This document shows positions 12,418 through 25,650 of a stretch of DNA of 64,000 nucleotides, one piece after another. Positions within the stretch are counted from its first letter, which is position 1. Every line of letters starts with the position of its first letter. The translations under genes and the position numbers were made by a program. Where the stretch lies: positions 4,898,001-4,962,000 of the forward strand of contig NW_024704767.1 in assembly GCF_018977255.1 (NCBI RefSeq), given 5' to 3'. The stretch is from Callorhinchus milii (lineage: Eukaryota). The notes below the pieces were generated by a model, which had not been told where the DNA came from, did not search any database, and saw nothing but the letters and a program-made list of their open reading frames with translations.

Positions 12418-12543
12418 GCAATGGGATCTTTAACATCTACCTAAACAGGCAAATGGGATCTTGGATTAATGTCTCATCCAAAGGATGTTATTCCTGAGAG
12501 TGTAGCACTTCCCCAGCAATGCAATGGAGTGTCAGCCTAGACC
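12418..12543 (-). mobile_element. DeuSINE central (Deu) domain fragment
   Basis: atgggatctttaacatctacc...ttaatgtctcatccaaagga...ggagtgtcagcctag, reverse complement of 16330-16445. Confidence 0.75.
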
Positions 12544-14579
12544 AGAAGATCAGAGTCCACTAACACATCATAAATGCTCGAGAGAAAATCTGGCAGTTTT
12601 CAAATTCACATTATTTCTCACTCAATCTTCAGTGATAATGCCAGAGTCATTAATAAACTTAAAGTAACTTAAATTCTTGTGTCAATAAAAAAAATGTTGA
12701 CCTAAACAATTGTAAGCTTGGTTCATCAGGAACCACCTAACTTGATGAGGGATAAAGTCAGATTTGGAACATCTTCCTGATGTGTGTAAATGTAAATTTG
12801 TATTATGTTGTATAACAGAGTATCCTCTGACACCATTTATTCAATGAAACATAGGAATTATCCCATTTTGTGAAAGTCTACTTTTACTGTGTCATGTGGC
12901 AAGTAATGCAGCACAAAGAAGACTTACACCAGCCATTTTTAAAAAGATTATAAAGATTACTTTGCAATTATATCTTTACAAATTAATCATCTGAAACTAA
13001 AAATAGGTATAAAAGTATAGTTTTGTTAAATGTAACAGCACAGTTTGTGAAAAAATATTTGGTATAAAAATCGAAATAAAGGTTTGAGAATTGTGTAAAA
13101 TATTTATCAACAATTGTGTATTAAATTGCACTAATATATCAATCAAGCATGCGATGGATACGTCATGAAAATAGAATACGAGTCTTCCTATTCCTAATAA
13201 TTTGCATAATTGTAACATAGGAATACAAAGGGACATTATTTGAGTTATTGGTTCAGCTGGCACACAGCAGGGTTAAACATGTCTGCACATTTTGCTGGTA
13301 TCACAGAGGTGCTGGATTGGAGTATCTAGTAGCTGCTAATGATGCTCTGCAGATGTACTTAGACCTTGGCTGTCGTAAAACCTTGAAGGGAGACTAAAGA
13401 TCAAAGGAATGAATTGGGATACAAGCATGTCAATGACATCTATTGTGTGCAGCTGAAGCCTGTAACATTGTCTGTAAGGTAGCATCTGGCCACACTGTAA
13501 ACATCATTGTGCAGCTTTGGTGAACACAGAAGGCTTTCAGAAGCAGTATCTGTGAAGAATAGTTCCATAAGCCATTTATAGTTTAAATTATGCTGTTTCT
13601 AAGGAAGAAATTGTTGGACAAATTGTTGGGCTCAAGATAGATATGTGTTCCAGTTTCTCCGCTCCTCTTTGTGAATCAAACTTCTCAGATCAGGGCCCTC
13701 TAACATCCTGATCCCAGCCAACAGAGGGTCATAGTTCTCCTGGCAATAGCTCTGCCTCCCATGAATGAATCATGGTAAGGTTCAGATTGTGATATCTCTA
13801 AACGATCGAACCTCAAAGGGAGTGCATCTGCAGGTGCACAGCAAAAGGAGTATCTGATAAGAACAGATACAACACAATTTCTAGAGTTTTTTTTAATTAC
13901 ACAATTTCCAGATATGCCTCAGTCTTTCATAGTGGCTACTCTGGATTGACAGATGTAGAGAAGAAACAGACATCCTCTCAATAGATTTAAGGTAAAGACT
14001 GATTTGTCTTCTAGTAAGAGCTATGTTGATATTGTCATAATTAATCTGTTATCTGGAATCAAACACCTGAACAGTGTAGTAATAAAACTGTACAAAATGA
14101 TAACTTCAAATAAATGAAGACTTTATCTCTATTGTGAATATGTTGATAATATTCATGAATGTAACTCTACAAAGGAGATGCCAGTGAAAACCTCAAGTGT
14201 TTATTAAGCATTCTAACAGAAATAATTCTCTCATCTATTTGAAGCACTCAATCCACTGTGACCTCTTAGTTAGTAAATTGATAACTTAATTATTGATGCT
14301 ATTTTAGGATTGATTTTATTATGTGTGTATTGTTCTCCACGCTGTGTGATGTGAATCACTGAAATTAGGCAGATGTTAATGTAAGGAGTTAAGGTGCAAT
14401 ATCATTTTAAGAGAAGGTTTATGTTTGCGGTGATAAGTACGTGTCTAATCCCTACTGTTATATCATTCTTGGTATTGTATGTGTGATCTCTGATCAGACA
14501 GTGGTAAATATCCGTGAGTATTCATCTATTCCCTGTGGTATGTTTGGTGATCAGTGAGGATGTAGCATTGTAAATGTCT

Positions 14580-15290
14580 ACAGAGTTACTGGTAGTGTAG
14601 GTGAGAGGAAGGTGATGGGGAACATGTGAGTGGATCTATGTAAAAATCAATATTTAGCTTTGACAATATCCAAATGTTTTGGACATGAAAATTATTGTTT
14701 TACCTTTCCAAAGACAGCCCCTTTGCTTAGTCCTGTCCTGTTATATTAGCACAAGGTAGAACGCAAACCAATGTTATTCTTTGACTAATCCTACAACTCA
14801 TGCATTTCAAGTTTCTGCAATGAATCGGATATGAACTTGCATTAAACTACCACCTGGCTTTGAGAATCACATGAAGTCTGGATTGCAGATGGTTATTCTC
14901 GGATTCACTTTCCTAGACTTTCATTACAGAAACAGCTTCAATGGGTTATTCAAAATAATTATTTCCTGGGGGAGTGGGAATCTGCAAACCAGAATGAATA
15001 CAGCAAAAAAATATTTTCCTGAACAGACTGAAACATGGGGGGGAAAAAATAAAACCTGTATGATCTGGTGTATCGGCAATGGACTCAACAACAAGCATTT
15101 GAGATGCAAGATGCTGCTCAGCATTTCACCTTTGGACATAAATAATAGGTGATAGGTGGTGATTTCCTCAACATATGTAGTTGATCTGTTTCTCAGGAAG
15201 TCTCATAAGATTATCTGATTGTTGTCTTTTGTCTGATCTCATGTAATTAGTGGGAGGGGACAAGCTTCCTGTCTGGGTGGTTGTGGCTCT
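14580..15290 (-). mobile_element. Penelope-like retroelement fossil (GIY-YIG end)
   Basis: Minus-strand frameshifted motifs in expected order: ITTYH, FFPP, FIAET (~YIGET), IIF...LNIDF, then pyrimidine-rich tail. Confidence 0.5.
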
Positions 15291-16059
15291 GAGGGCACAC
15301 AAGATATGATTTCAACTCAGAAATATTTCTTTCTTCATTGTAGCCATTATATTAAGTAAGGGAAGTTAAGCACTCTTTGATTAATCAATAGATTGGAGCA
15401 AAGCTGTTCTTCTGCAAAGAATTTGCAAAATAAAAGCATCCGGTTTCTCAAAACTAATCCCAGCTACAATATTTTGTTTAACTTGTATTCTAGCAACCTT
15501 TGAAGTTCCAGTAAAATGGCTTGATGGTTTTTGAAGGTAAACTTAATTTTCTAATTTACGTAACACATATTAATCTTAATCAATTTTTTCAGGTATGAAA
15601 TGCGCTGGACTTCCAATGGGCTTTCGCATTAAACCACATTATATGGCGACTGAAAGTAACATTTCAAATGTTGTGGCATTTGGAAAGTTATTGAAAATGT
15701 TGGCAGACACAAAGTTTTTTTAATCTTACTGATGAAATTTTATTTTTCTTGTCAATAGTGAGCAGGGTCAGCCAGCATCTGCAAGACACTTATCTATAGG
15801 TTCACAGAGAGGATCTTAACTGAAAACTATGGAAAATGTTCGAAATAAAAACATAATCAATAATCAGAAAGAGACAGAAAGAACAAGCGAGACATATTTT
15901 TAAAAAAATCCACCTTATTGAATAATTAAAAAGCATGATTTACCTTTTGTAACACAATTATTTTATTCTGTTCCCCCCCCCCCCCATTCAGGGGGAAAGG
16001 TTCTTGACCTTAAACAGCTGATGGAGTAATTGCACTAAGATGATGTGGCACTGATTGAT

Positions 16060-16235
16060 ACTGACTAGAAAGGTTTCAAGTTCAGTTTCTGGTTTGTGCT
16101 GGTAGCTGATCTTGGCTAAGATGGCAATGGGAGAAGGAGGGCAATATGTGACCTTTGCACCCATGATGATGAGAGGGGGAAATGATCACAGTTCCTGCAT
16201 CTGATCATTCTCTTGAACATATGTGTGTGTAAATT
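16060..16235 (+). mobile_element. Family B SINE-like 5' part
   Basis: gttcagtttctggtttgtgctggtagctgatc...gggggaaatgatcacagttcctgcatctgatc similar to 39790-39920 and 19555-19650. Confidence 0.5.
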
Positions 16236-16237
16236 AG

Positions 16238-16665
16238 GTGTCAGCCTAGCCCAGTTGGCAGCCCTCTTGCCTCTAAGTCAGCATGTTGTGGATTCAAGCC
16301 CCATGTCTGGACTCTGAACCCATAATCATGGCTAACATTGCAGTGCAGTGTTGGGGGAGCACTGCATTGTCAGAGGTGTTGTCCTTTGGATGAGACTTTA
16401 AACTGAGGTCCTGTCGGTCTGTGGATGTTAAAAATCCCATATGGCACTGTTTGAAAAAAGAAGGGAATTTCTCCTGATGTCCTAGCCAAGAATCCCTCAG
16501 AGAAAAAAAATTGATCATTAGTTTTATGGCTGGTTGTGGGACATTGCTGTGTTCAAACTTGTTCTCTGTGTTTACCTACAAATGAACAGTCACCATACTT
16601 CCTTTGATTCACTTTGATCCGTTTTGAAAACGTGATAAGGTACTATATCAAATGTAATGATTATT
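16238..16665 (+). mobile_element. Full-length DeuSINE-like element (SacSINE1/AmnSINE1-related)
   Basis: tRNA-like head (tagcccagttgg...ggattcaagccc), Deu domain ggatgagactttaaactgaggtcctgtc...aaaaatcccatatggcact...gtcctagccaa, family A tail. Confidence 0.85.
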
Positions 16666-18199
16666 TCTACGTGAGGATGAGTTGAGCTACAATGTGGAAT
16701 CTCTTTCTGTATCTCCCTCTATAGAGAAGTGCCTTGCATCTAATTGCCAATCCCTCCAGGGGATCTGACTGAGATTTCGATCATACCCTGTGGAAATGAG
16801 AGCATGAATTGGCATCCTGCCACTTTGTGATACAACGCTACTTACTGAGCATCGTTCACCAAGCACGTCTGTGAGCCACTTGAAAATCCTGCTAAAACTC
16901 TCACAAACATCGAAATGCAAAGGTCTGAGCCATTCAGCTGAATTTTGGTGTGTTTAAAAATAACATACGAGTTAACGTTGCATGTCAAACATTAAAACCA
17001 GTAGTTGCCTAATATATAAAAAAGGCTTTCTGGCCAGCAGCTAAAGAGTTAAGCACAGTCTGCCGGAACAGAAGCAGGTGGTGAGAGAGGATTACATGGC
17101 TCATAGTAGACACAGACAGTTGAACTGGTGGCTGCACCATAGACTCATTTGAGACCATTATGGGTCAGGAGACAGATTTACTCCGATGCATGCAAGCAAG
17201 AGCACAAAGGAACTGTCTGATTTGGCTTGGCTCACCGCACTCATCTTAAAGTGACACTCTGGACTGAACCTGCACTCAGAACAATTTGAATGGAGCTATT
17301 TTCGGGGAATATTTAATAAAACACTCAAACTGCTGTAACTTGGTCCTGCAGCCACACATGTGCCACAAACTAATAAAACTGAAAGATTTATTTTAAACCA
17401 CTTCGTGAGCCTTGTATGTTTAAACTAGACTGGGTTTAATTAGGTTCTGAAATTGGCCTTTATAGGTAGAACTAATTTACATTGATCTGAATAGGTCTGG
17501 CACTCTGGAGAATACATCATTAGAACACCACGTTTATTTTACATTGAACTCCCTGCTGTCTTGACTAATTATCTAGTTGCTTGAAAGGTGCTGTATCTGC
17601 TGCCACTGTATAATTAAATTGTTGAAAATGCCAGATGAACTGAGCGATCTTATTCTGATAGACATATTGTGACAGATTCTTTTGTTCTGCAAATGCACTG
17701 GCATTGTGCTGACTATTCTTCCGAAATTCATTAAAGGACACTCTAAAGCACATGAACATTATGCACATCGCAGGCCTATGTGCGGGTTAGTACCCTGGTT
17801 AGATCATTTAAAATTGATCTTGCCAAATTACTGACAGAATTAACGAAAAATCATATTTGCTTTTAGATGCCATGGTTACTTCATATAAGCAGCAAATTTA
17901 ATTTAAATGAATATTGCACAAATCCTGCTGTAAAATCTCAGAGCCAGATATGACATTGCTTAGTAAATATCAAGGGTCAAAATTATGGCTTGCTGAAATG
18001 ATCAACATCAAACCACTCATCTTTTTGCCTCTGATCTCCCAGCATTTTCTGACCACCAAGTTATAAGTGCTGTCTTAGTTCAAACTTAATAGCTATGGAC
18101 TTCGGACATAAATGATGGCAATGCAAATATTTGTTTTTTTCTGATGACCTACTTTGCTTTGTGTTTTTGATCTGAACATTTAAACACAGGTTGACCCAT

Positions 18200-18500
18200 T
18201 TCATCTTAAATTGGGGTGTAGACCAAGTTGGGGCTCTTCAGTCATGAAAGCGACATCTCAAAGAGGACCTTATATAACAATTTGATTGAGAGATTAAACC
18301 CAGAACAATATATTTAGATGCACTGAGACAGTAGAAGAAGAGAACACAGGTGAACACAAAAAGTTTTTTCTTTAAAGCCTGGAAAACTCTTGCCTTGCCT
18401 CAAGCTGCAGGTGTTAAGTGGTATAGCTTAAGTGTGCTTATTGAACAGTGCTGATGCATTTCACTGCCATATAACTGGACTGCCTATGAGCTCTGTGCAA
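18200..18500 (+). mobile_element. CR1 ORF2 C-terminal remnant
   Basis: aagttggggctcttcagtcatgaaagcgacatctcaaagaggacctt (~KLGLFSLExRRLRGDL). Confidence 0.5.
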
Positions 18501-19389
18501 CTATGTCCCTCCCACTTGAGTCTGTTATTTGAAAGAACTGCTGTGTTTTCCATGTGTGCAATGAGTGTATTATTTCATAGACACAAGTATATTGCTCGTC
18601 AAGTAAAGTATTAGATTGGAATTGTATGCTCTTTATACTGTTGAGAAGAAGAATTGTATTCACTAACAAACTGTAGAACTAGATCTCTTTTGTTTTACTC
18701 TGCTGATAACACACTTTAGGAAATGGCTCCAAAATTGGCTAATAACCAATTGCTAAAGTGCAATGCAACCACTATGGTGTTTTGCTGAACTGAAAGGGCC
18801 AAGATTGGCACAAGTGAAGCCAACACAATGTGGGTCTCAGTTTAGTTTGAGCAGCACTGGTTGCACTCTCACTGCAGATCAGTTTGGTTTCAGAGTTGTG
18901 CGCTGCCAACTCAATCCTCCCACACAGTACTCTACCTCCCACTGCCGTTCTTTTTCATGTTAGCTGCGAGTATAAAATGTAAGAAAATATTTCACAATCC
19001 TGCTTCCCACGTATCCACAGTCATGCATCGTCTTCTAAGGCGTTTCCGCTCCAGTTTGGCAAAGTGCAATTAAAGGTCCTGTAGATATTTTGCCATGTAA
19101 CTAAAACTTTAACCCCTCTCACTGAGAGTGATAGCATTCTATTCTTCCCCTCTCTCTCCAATACTACTGTTACATTTAGCAATTAAGTGGATACTGCATC
19201 ATTCTGCCCTGTATTTCTGTGACTGACTAGCATAAGTCAAGTGTGGTCATTTACTGCATCATCCTGGCATACAGCTGAGTTTAGGGATACACATGAGATA
19301 AAAACAATAAGACTCCTAGTGTGTTTCACTTTCTCAGGACAAAGTAGAAGCCAAGTGATCTTCTGAGATTGGGTTGCAACACGATGTTG

Positions 19390-19520
19390 AGAATAGCAAA
19401 AAGGGCCTTAGTCTACATCGACACCAAGTTATACCTGATCTGAGAAGGCCTTGATCCAATAGTGTAACATTGTTCTGTTCCTTACAACTAACATGTTTCA
19501 GTTTGATGAGCATAACATTA
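19390..19520 (+). mobile_element. LF-SINE-like 3' end
   Basis: tatacctgatctgagaaggccttgat...ttgatgagcat, similar to 1440-1580. Confidence 0.3.
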
Positions 19521-19549
19521 GCAGATCAGATGGATCATTGCCATCGTTC

Positions 19550-19860
19550 TTGGATTGTGCAGAGTTAGTTGGGCGAGACAAAGAAAGAGCAGGCTGCAAC
19601 ATTTGAACCCAGGGGAACAGAGAGGAAAATCAGCCATCCTGCTCCTGAATGTTCTTTACTTACTGTAAGGCTATTACTGGAAGGTGCGTGAGTATGAATG
19701 TTGGATTAAGTCAGAATCAGGTTCTCTTTGATCAAAGTAACTTGTTGATGTCTGGACTTGCACATGAGAAATGACCCTAAGGGCCATTCTTGGAGATGTT
19801 GCAACTAGCTGCGGAACTGTATTACAACATGAATCACCAGCTTTGAGAGAGGAGGGAAGG
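19550..19860 (+). mobile_element. Family B SINE-like element, near full length
   Basis: gtgcagagttag...gaggaaaatcagccatcctgctcctga...cacatgagaaatgacc...catgaatcaccagctttgagagaggaggg. Confidence 0.6.
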
Positions 19861-21417
19861 AAAGACAAGAAAATGGAGAGGAGTAGAGCGCTAAACAAAG
19901 ACAGACAGAATTAGTGGTTTTGAACTAAATTAACACTGACCTGATCCTCATCAACATCAAGGTCATACAGGGCCTCCAAACACAGAGCCAGACCTGGTTT
20001 ATGTCTAGAAACTGCACAACCATTAGATCTTGTATCATGTTCTCCAGTTCCTATTCCTTTACTCAATTCCAGTTAATCATATTCATAAGTAAACACTGTG
20101 AACATTTTGTTAGGACAACTTGCTTCTTTAATAACTGAGGTTAACATTTGTTTCAATAAAACTTTTGCTTTGTTTCCATCACTGTCAGAGGTACTGTCAG
20201 AACAGCTGGTAGTTCATTCATTCCAGGAGCAACTTCCCAACCAGATGATTGTGGGTTTTCAATCCCACTGTTTCCTGCCACTGGAATCTGTCAGCCACAG
20301 CAGATGAAAGTAGATGAATGTTGTTAGTTCTCTGCTGCCCTTACGTGGTGCACCTTGTAACAGAGGAGGATTTCACTTGAAGGGGGGCACACTGGAGAAA
20401 AGTAACCCGACTCAGGTTGTCATATGTGGACACCTTTATTCATCTAATCATGGACTTGTCATTGACATTGGATGCTGAATGATCAATGATCTGGACCAGC
20501 AGATGTTCACAGCTGAAGGTGGTTATTTGGCAGCCAGATTCCACCAGAAACAGGTCAAACCAACACTAACGAGTCTTCAAATTTCACTAATCAACCAAGC
20601 GAAGGTGAATCCAGTAATTGTGGGAATGTGACTGGCTGATGGATCGGTGAACAGTTTCAAATAAGAGTTCAAGAGCTGATTTTGAAGGTTTGTGGTACAC
20701 CGCAGATATCTTTGTGTAAAAAGGTAAGTTGTTTGCATGTTTTATTTCCATGAATATGACAATAATCCTTGCTTTTTATGTGGGATTAGTGAGGTTTTTA
20801 TCCAGAAACTTTTCACTATTTTTGGAATTGTCCCTCATGGTATTAATTTGAAACTGTGTTCAATATTAAGTGTAAAATATGAAAGGTAAGTGTTGTATGG
20901 ATTTTGTGGAGTGTATAATGAATGTATTGTCAGTCACTCTTACTGTGAAAAATAAATAAATACAACTTCAATCTTTGCTTATTTATTTATTGAAAACATT
21001 TGAAATATGCACGCAATCGGTTTCATTACCCTGCACTGGGCTAACCGATGTTCTGTGAACAAACACAGTATAAAGTTATCTAATGGCAACTATAAATAAA
21101 AAGTGCGTTGGGTAATTACATTTTATATTTTAGGGACTGATCGCTAATTCACAGACTGAAATGGAACATTTGGATTTGAATGATGATTAAACTATGCAGA
21201 CCGAGCTAGTTTAAAATACCTGGGTTGTTCCTTTAATGCCAATGTGCTCCTGCTTTTAAAGTTTCGTTTTTCCTGAAATAATTTCTCATCAGGTATCATT
21301 ATTGACAAGGGAATTTTATATTTTTCCTTTGTCTCTTACATATCCCCATGAATTAGAAATACCTAGTGTAAGAATGACAATTTGTTTTCTTTTAATTCCC
21401 TCCTTCCTGCCCTATTA

Positions 21418-21567
21418 GGTTCTTATAGGTCATTGCAATGCACTAATTGCCTGTTGCATTTGTCTACAAAATATACAGTTGCTAAACTTTACAATATATC
21501 ATGTTAAGTGTTTTGACTCATCCTCCTGACCTGAAAGATGCTTCATCAAATGCAAGACTCATTATTT
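21418..21567 (+). mobile_element. Decayed family A tail
   Basis: gcatttgtctacaaaatatacagt...tcctcctgacctgaaagatgcttcatcaaatgcaag. Confidence 0.7.
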
Positions 21568-21839
21568 ACTATGAATTTACACTTAAACTTGAAGTGTTAA
21601 ATCTCAAGAGTGTTTTGACTCCTCCTTGCTATGATGCTAGTTACCAGCAACCACATCTGACTGACCCATTTAACCAGAGGAACCTCTTATTTTTTCCAGT
21701 GATTCTACTGGATTGACTGCAGCAGACATTAGAAGCGTTCTTATAAAAGGAGGGTTAATTAGAAATACTGGGCAGGTGAAACCAGTTTGACTCCCTCTTG
21801 AAATTTCAATAACAATTTAACTGAAACTTGATTGTCTAA

Positions 21840-22260
21840 TGGAATTTTCACAGATCCATTTTCTTTCTTTAAATATTATGTCAGCGTTCGTTTTTAAAGA
21901 TGGCTGAAGATATAACTTGAAAATGATTTGGAGGAGAAAAACAAAAGGAAAAACGCTGTCAGGTTAATTACAGTAGTGACCGGGGCTGTTTGCAGATTTA
22001 TTAAATTACATTTGTGACAAGTCTTTTTCTCTGGGAACTGCTGTTATGTAATTATATGTAAGTCAATTGAATGCCTGAGAGTTTCAATTAGATTTTTCAA
22101 TGTGCAAATGGGAAAAAGTGCTGAGGATTCTTCTGGGACCTTCAGATAAGAAATTCTCAGATTAATGAAATTTGCCATTTTCTAGCAATAGAGCACATGA
22201 TTAACTTTATTTCTCAGTCATTATTCACCCAGTGTTTTTTTTCTTAAGAATGATAAGAAA
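21840..22260. promoter_or_regulatory. CNE-like block
   Basis: Repeat-free; CTGTCA next to TTAATTA, AGATTTAT, multiple TAAT/CAATT motifs. Confidence 0.35.
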
Positions 22261-22654
22261 CTGGAGTTTTATTCATCTCTAAACATTTTTAGAATGCTGT
22301 TTCTGTCAATCCTTATTGGTCATGATTCAGCTGGTCTAATGAGATAATGTGCCAAAAAATGTTTAATTGGTGGTAAGCACAATAAATCATTCAGAGTGGA
22401 ACACTAAGTATTAAACTTCAGCATTTTGCAGCAGTGTCTAAAGACCAATTATTTATGGTTGTGCTATAGTAACATAACATTTCCAAATATGATAACCTGA
22501 AAGAATATGGAATGGGAAAACGCAGCTTGGCTCATCGAGTCCTCAATAATATATACCTCTGTCACTACTTTATCCCCTGGTGAAAAATATTATGCTAAAT
22601 ACTCCTTGATCTCCAAAGGTAATCAAACATTGATTGAAGATTATTCACCCAGGG

Positions 22655-22745
22655 ACACATAGGAGTAGGTCATTTGGTCTATCAAGAATGCTTTGCCATG
22701 ACAGTTTTCTTTAACTATGTAACTCCATTTTCCTGCCTTTTCTCC
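22655..22745 (-). mobile_element. CR1 3' end remnant
   Basis: cataggagtaggtcatttggtctatcaag...aactccattttcctgcctttt. Confidence 0.45.
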
Positions 22746-23294
22746 AAATGTTGTAATGGATGTCATGCAGAAATCCATTAATAGATAGAGATAGAGAGGG
22801 GGGCAATGTAGTCAAACTGAATTTTTGGGGAGTTTAACATAGATTAAAATAACTGTCCCAGATTTACTGAATTACATTCATCATATATTACTGAATGTGA
22901 TGAATGTATTTGTTTTAATTTTTGATAGCAAAAGCTCCTCAATTGCAGTCTTCTGATTAGCTTCACAATAGCAAAGCGGACACATTGACTGAGTGATGCT
23001 GTCAGGGGGAGCAGCAAGTGCCAATCTGTTCAGTTGTCCCATTAAATAGCAACACTGCTGGAAGTACAATTATTTCAGTCATTATAACCTGGTTGCCCGC
23101 AGACAGTACAAGACTTCACCATGATGGCCTCCTCTGTGTGTGTTTGGAGGTGGAGGAGAGCACACTTATTATATGCTTCTAATGAGCAGATCATTGGTGA
23201 TTAAATTCAATAATTACAGTAATAGCTAACTGAAAAGCTAATACTTTTGGAATTCTTAAAGGTCTAACTAAAACAGCTACTTGATGTACATGTA

Positions 23295-23402
23295 AGGATG
23301 AAGGGAATAGAGGGGTTTAGGAGGGGCGATGGCTTGTGTGTAGTATGAACTCTGGCACAGACTATTTGGGCTGAATGGTATAATGGTCTATGTAACTGTA
23401 CC
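23295..23402 (+). mobile_element. CR1 3' end remnant
   Basis: gggaatagaggggtttagg...gtatgaactctggcacagactatttgggctgaatgg. Confidence 0.55.
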
Positions 23403-23542
23403 ATGAAAAGGGCACAACCTTCATGAAAATGCAATGGGAGAATACTTCCTTTTTTTACCACACAGTGGTTTCTCAGTTTAAATGTGGCTTAGCTTTTTGT
23501 TTAAAATTCGGCACAAAAGTTCCTTTGGTGCTGATGCAATTT

Positions 23543-23630
23543 CAATTCACTTTACAGTATATCTGGTGAAGCGCTTTGGGAAGTCTCAACGATGTGATAT
23601 GTCAAATGCAAGGATTATTATATTGTTATT
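23543..23630 (+). mobile_element. Family A tail
   Basis: caattcactttacagtatatctggtgaagcgctttggg...caaatgcaaggattatt. Confidence 0.85.
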
Positions 23631-24529
23631 GAGGAGTTTGCTGGAGAAACAGTTTCGTAACTCCTTCACATTTATAAATGTTTCTTTCCTTGTCTATCTC
23701 ATGATCCAACATGAATCCAAATCCTGATGCTCCATTGGTGCGTGGAGCCTCTTTGGTTCAGTGTGGGATATATTTATACTTGGCTGGTCCATGTGGTCCA
23801 GTTGAAAATCTGCACTCCCCCCCCCCACCCCCCACCTCAGTTAGTGTGGGTGGGAAAGAGTTGTGCAGGATGCTCTCTAACTTGAAAGATTTTTTTTATA
23901 TGGCTTCCATTAATGGATTTAATCTGTTCTCATGAATATCCAAAGTGTAGGGCACTAAAGGTGAAACCTCAAATATGCCAATTGCTCATATCTTCCACAG
24001 TTGACTCCACACAAATGCATGTTTGATCCAATTATAATTCTGCTTCAAATACAGATTCCAATGCACTGAGCTACTCCCCTTAAATAAGTAAAATCCACCA
24101 ATGCAAAATCCCAATCTACCAAGAAATGCTTTCCAGCTATCTGCTTTTTCATTTCAGCCCACTGAATATCATTACAGTGACCACAGAATATTTTTGAAGT
24201 TTAATAACATTTGTGCTAAATTATATGTTTTTGGGGGGCTCTGCTCTTTAAAAGAGATTACAGAACAAATGACTAAATGAGTTGTGGTTCGTGGATCAAA
24301 CAATTGGCTCTTGTTTAAAGCTGCAGTTTTTAGAAATCCCGATTCAAGAGATCCAATCCCCTCCACCCACCCGCACGCACGCAGAAGTAGAACAAGTTGA
24401 ATTCTGATCCAAGCATAATATTTCATGCTTTTATCAGAAACTACATGATCACAAAAGAGCTGAATAGAGAAGATCCTCCAGCCAGTTTGATCTCAGTCTT
24501 CCAGAATACCAACCGTAACAGCTTCCCAG

Positions 24530-24672
24530 CTCGGTGCTTCCTATCGTTTCTGAGAAGTGCTTTGAGACGTTCATCCTAAAACGACGGCAAAATTACATTT
24601 ATATAGCGCCTTTTACGGCCGCAGCGCTCCTACGAGGAGAAAGGTGCTATATCAATGCAAGCAGCCTGTTGT
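24530..24672 (+). mobile_element. L2-type tail interrupted by an antisense tail fragment (24579-24627)
   Basis: Host gaagtgctttgagacgttcaTCCTA...TCCTAcgaggagaaaggtgctatatcaatgcaag; insert on minus strand reads cgtaaaaggcgctatataaatgtaatttt. Confidence 0.75.
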
Positions 24673-25007
24673 TTCTGTTACAGTTTCTACTGATTTCTGA
24701 AATGTACCCAAATCTCAACCATCCTTCCAGGTTCCAGCTGTTGATTGGTTAGGATTATAGCAGCACTACAATCCTCTGCACACAGCAACAACAATCTCGT
24801 AAAACAAGGCTTCAAGCCAAGCCATTGAGCTGAAGTTAGGGAGCAGGAGGAGATATTCAACCCCCCCACCCAATAATTAGAGTGCTCTACATGGTTCAGT
24901 GGAAAATCTGGCCAGCAGTTACATAGTGGGGGTGAGAAAGAGATGTCCAGGATGTTCCCTGATTCCCTGCTATCTTTAATTTTCAGCAGTGTTGTTGTCT
25001 TACGACG

Positions 25008-25064
25008 TGGGACATCCTCCTGATGTGAAAGGCGCTATACAAATGTAATTTGTTGTTGTCGTTG
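25008..25064 (+). mobile_element. Short tail fragment with (GTT)n end
   Basis: tgggacatcctcctgatgtgaaaggcgctatacaaatgtaatttgttgttg. Confidence 0.8.
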
Positions 25065-25650
25065 TGTCACATTTCACAGCTACCTGATAAAATAGTTAAC
25101 AGTTTGCATAGAATCCTTTAAAAATGATACCCAAAAAATTGTAATTGGGGAAACTGGTCGAGTTCATTTTTTATATTCTGTATCTCATACGATAGTGGTC
25201 AAATGGCTTTGAACAAAATTTTAAAAATAGTTTTAACGCCAGTCAGCTTACCATGGAAATATCTAGCATCTGATTCCCTGCTCTAGTCCTTCTCCCTCAA
25301 AGCAGACTGTATTGTTTTGTTGTTGTTCTACAAAGACAACAATTCACAAATGTCAAAAATCAAACCTGAACAACCAGGCGGCTCAAAACGTTTTAAGTGC
25401 AGTTTTCTATAAACATTTTGTTTGAGTGCCACATTGTTTTTTCCAAAAAAACACATTTTTACGGCACCATAAATAACAACTGTGGTGTAATTTGCAAGCA
25501 CTTGAGATTCTTCGGGTCTGTGAGTTTAAGTCACTATAAAACTGTTAATTAGCAAACAAAAGTGCAAGTGAATTTAAAAAATCTAGCTCACAAAGGTGCC
25601 TTTAAGCTAAGGTGAGTTTCAGTAAAGGTACATCCTGCAGCTCAGTAGTT

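Noticed and set aside
13815-13831. 17-bp exact match caaagggagtgcatctg also near 45023
   Set aside because: Similarity does not extend; one match of this length in 64 kb is plausible by chance.
15593-15723. Acceptor followed by ATG ORF MKCAGLPMGF...
   Set aside because: Short, unrecognised, weak donor; the adjacent upstream intron would be only ~56 nt.
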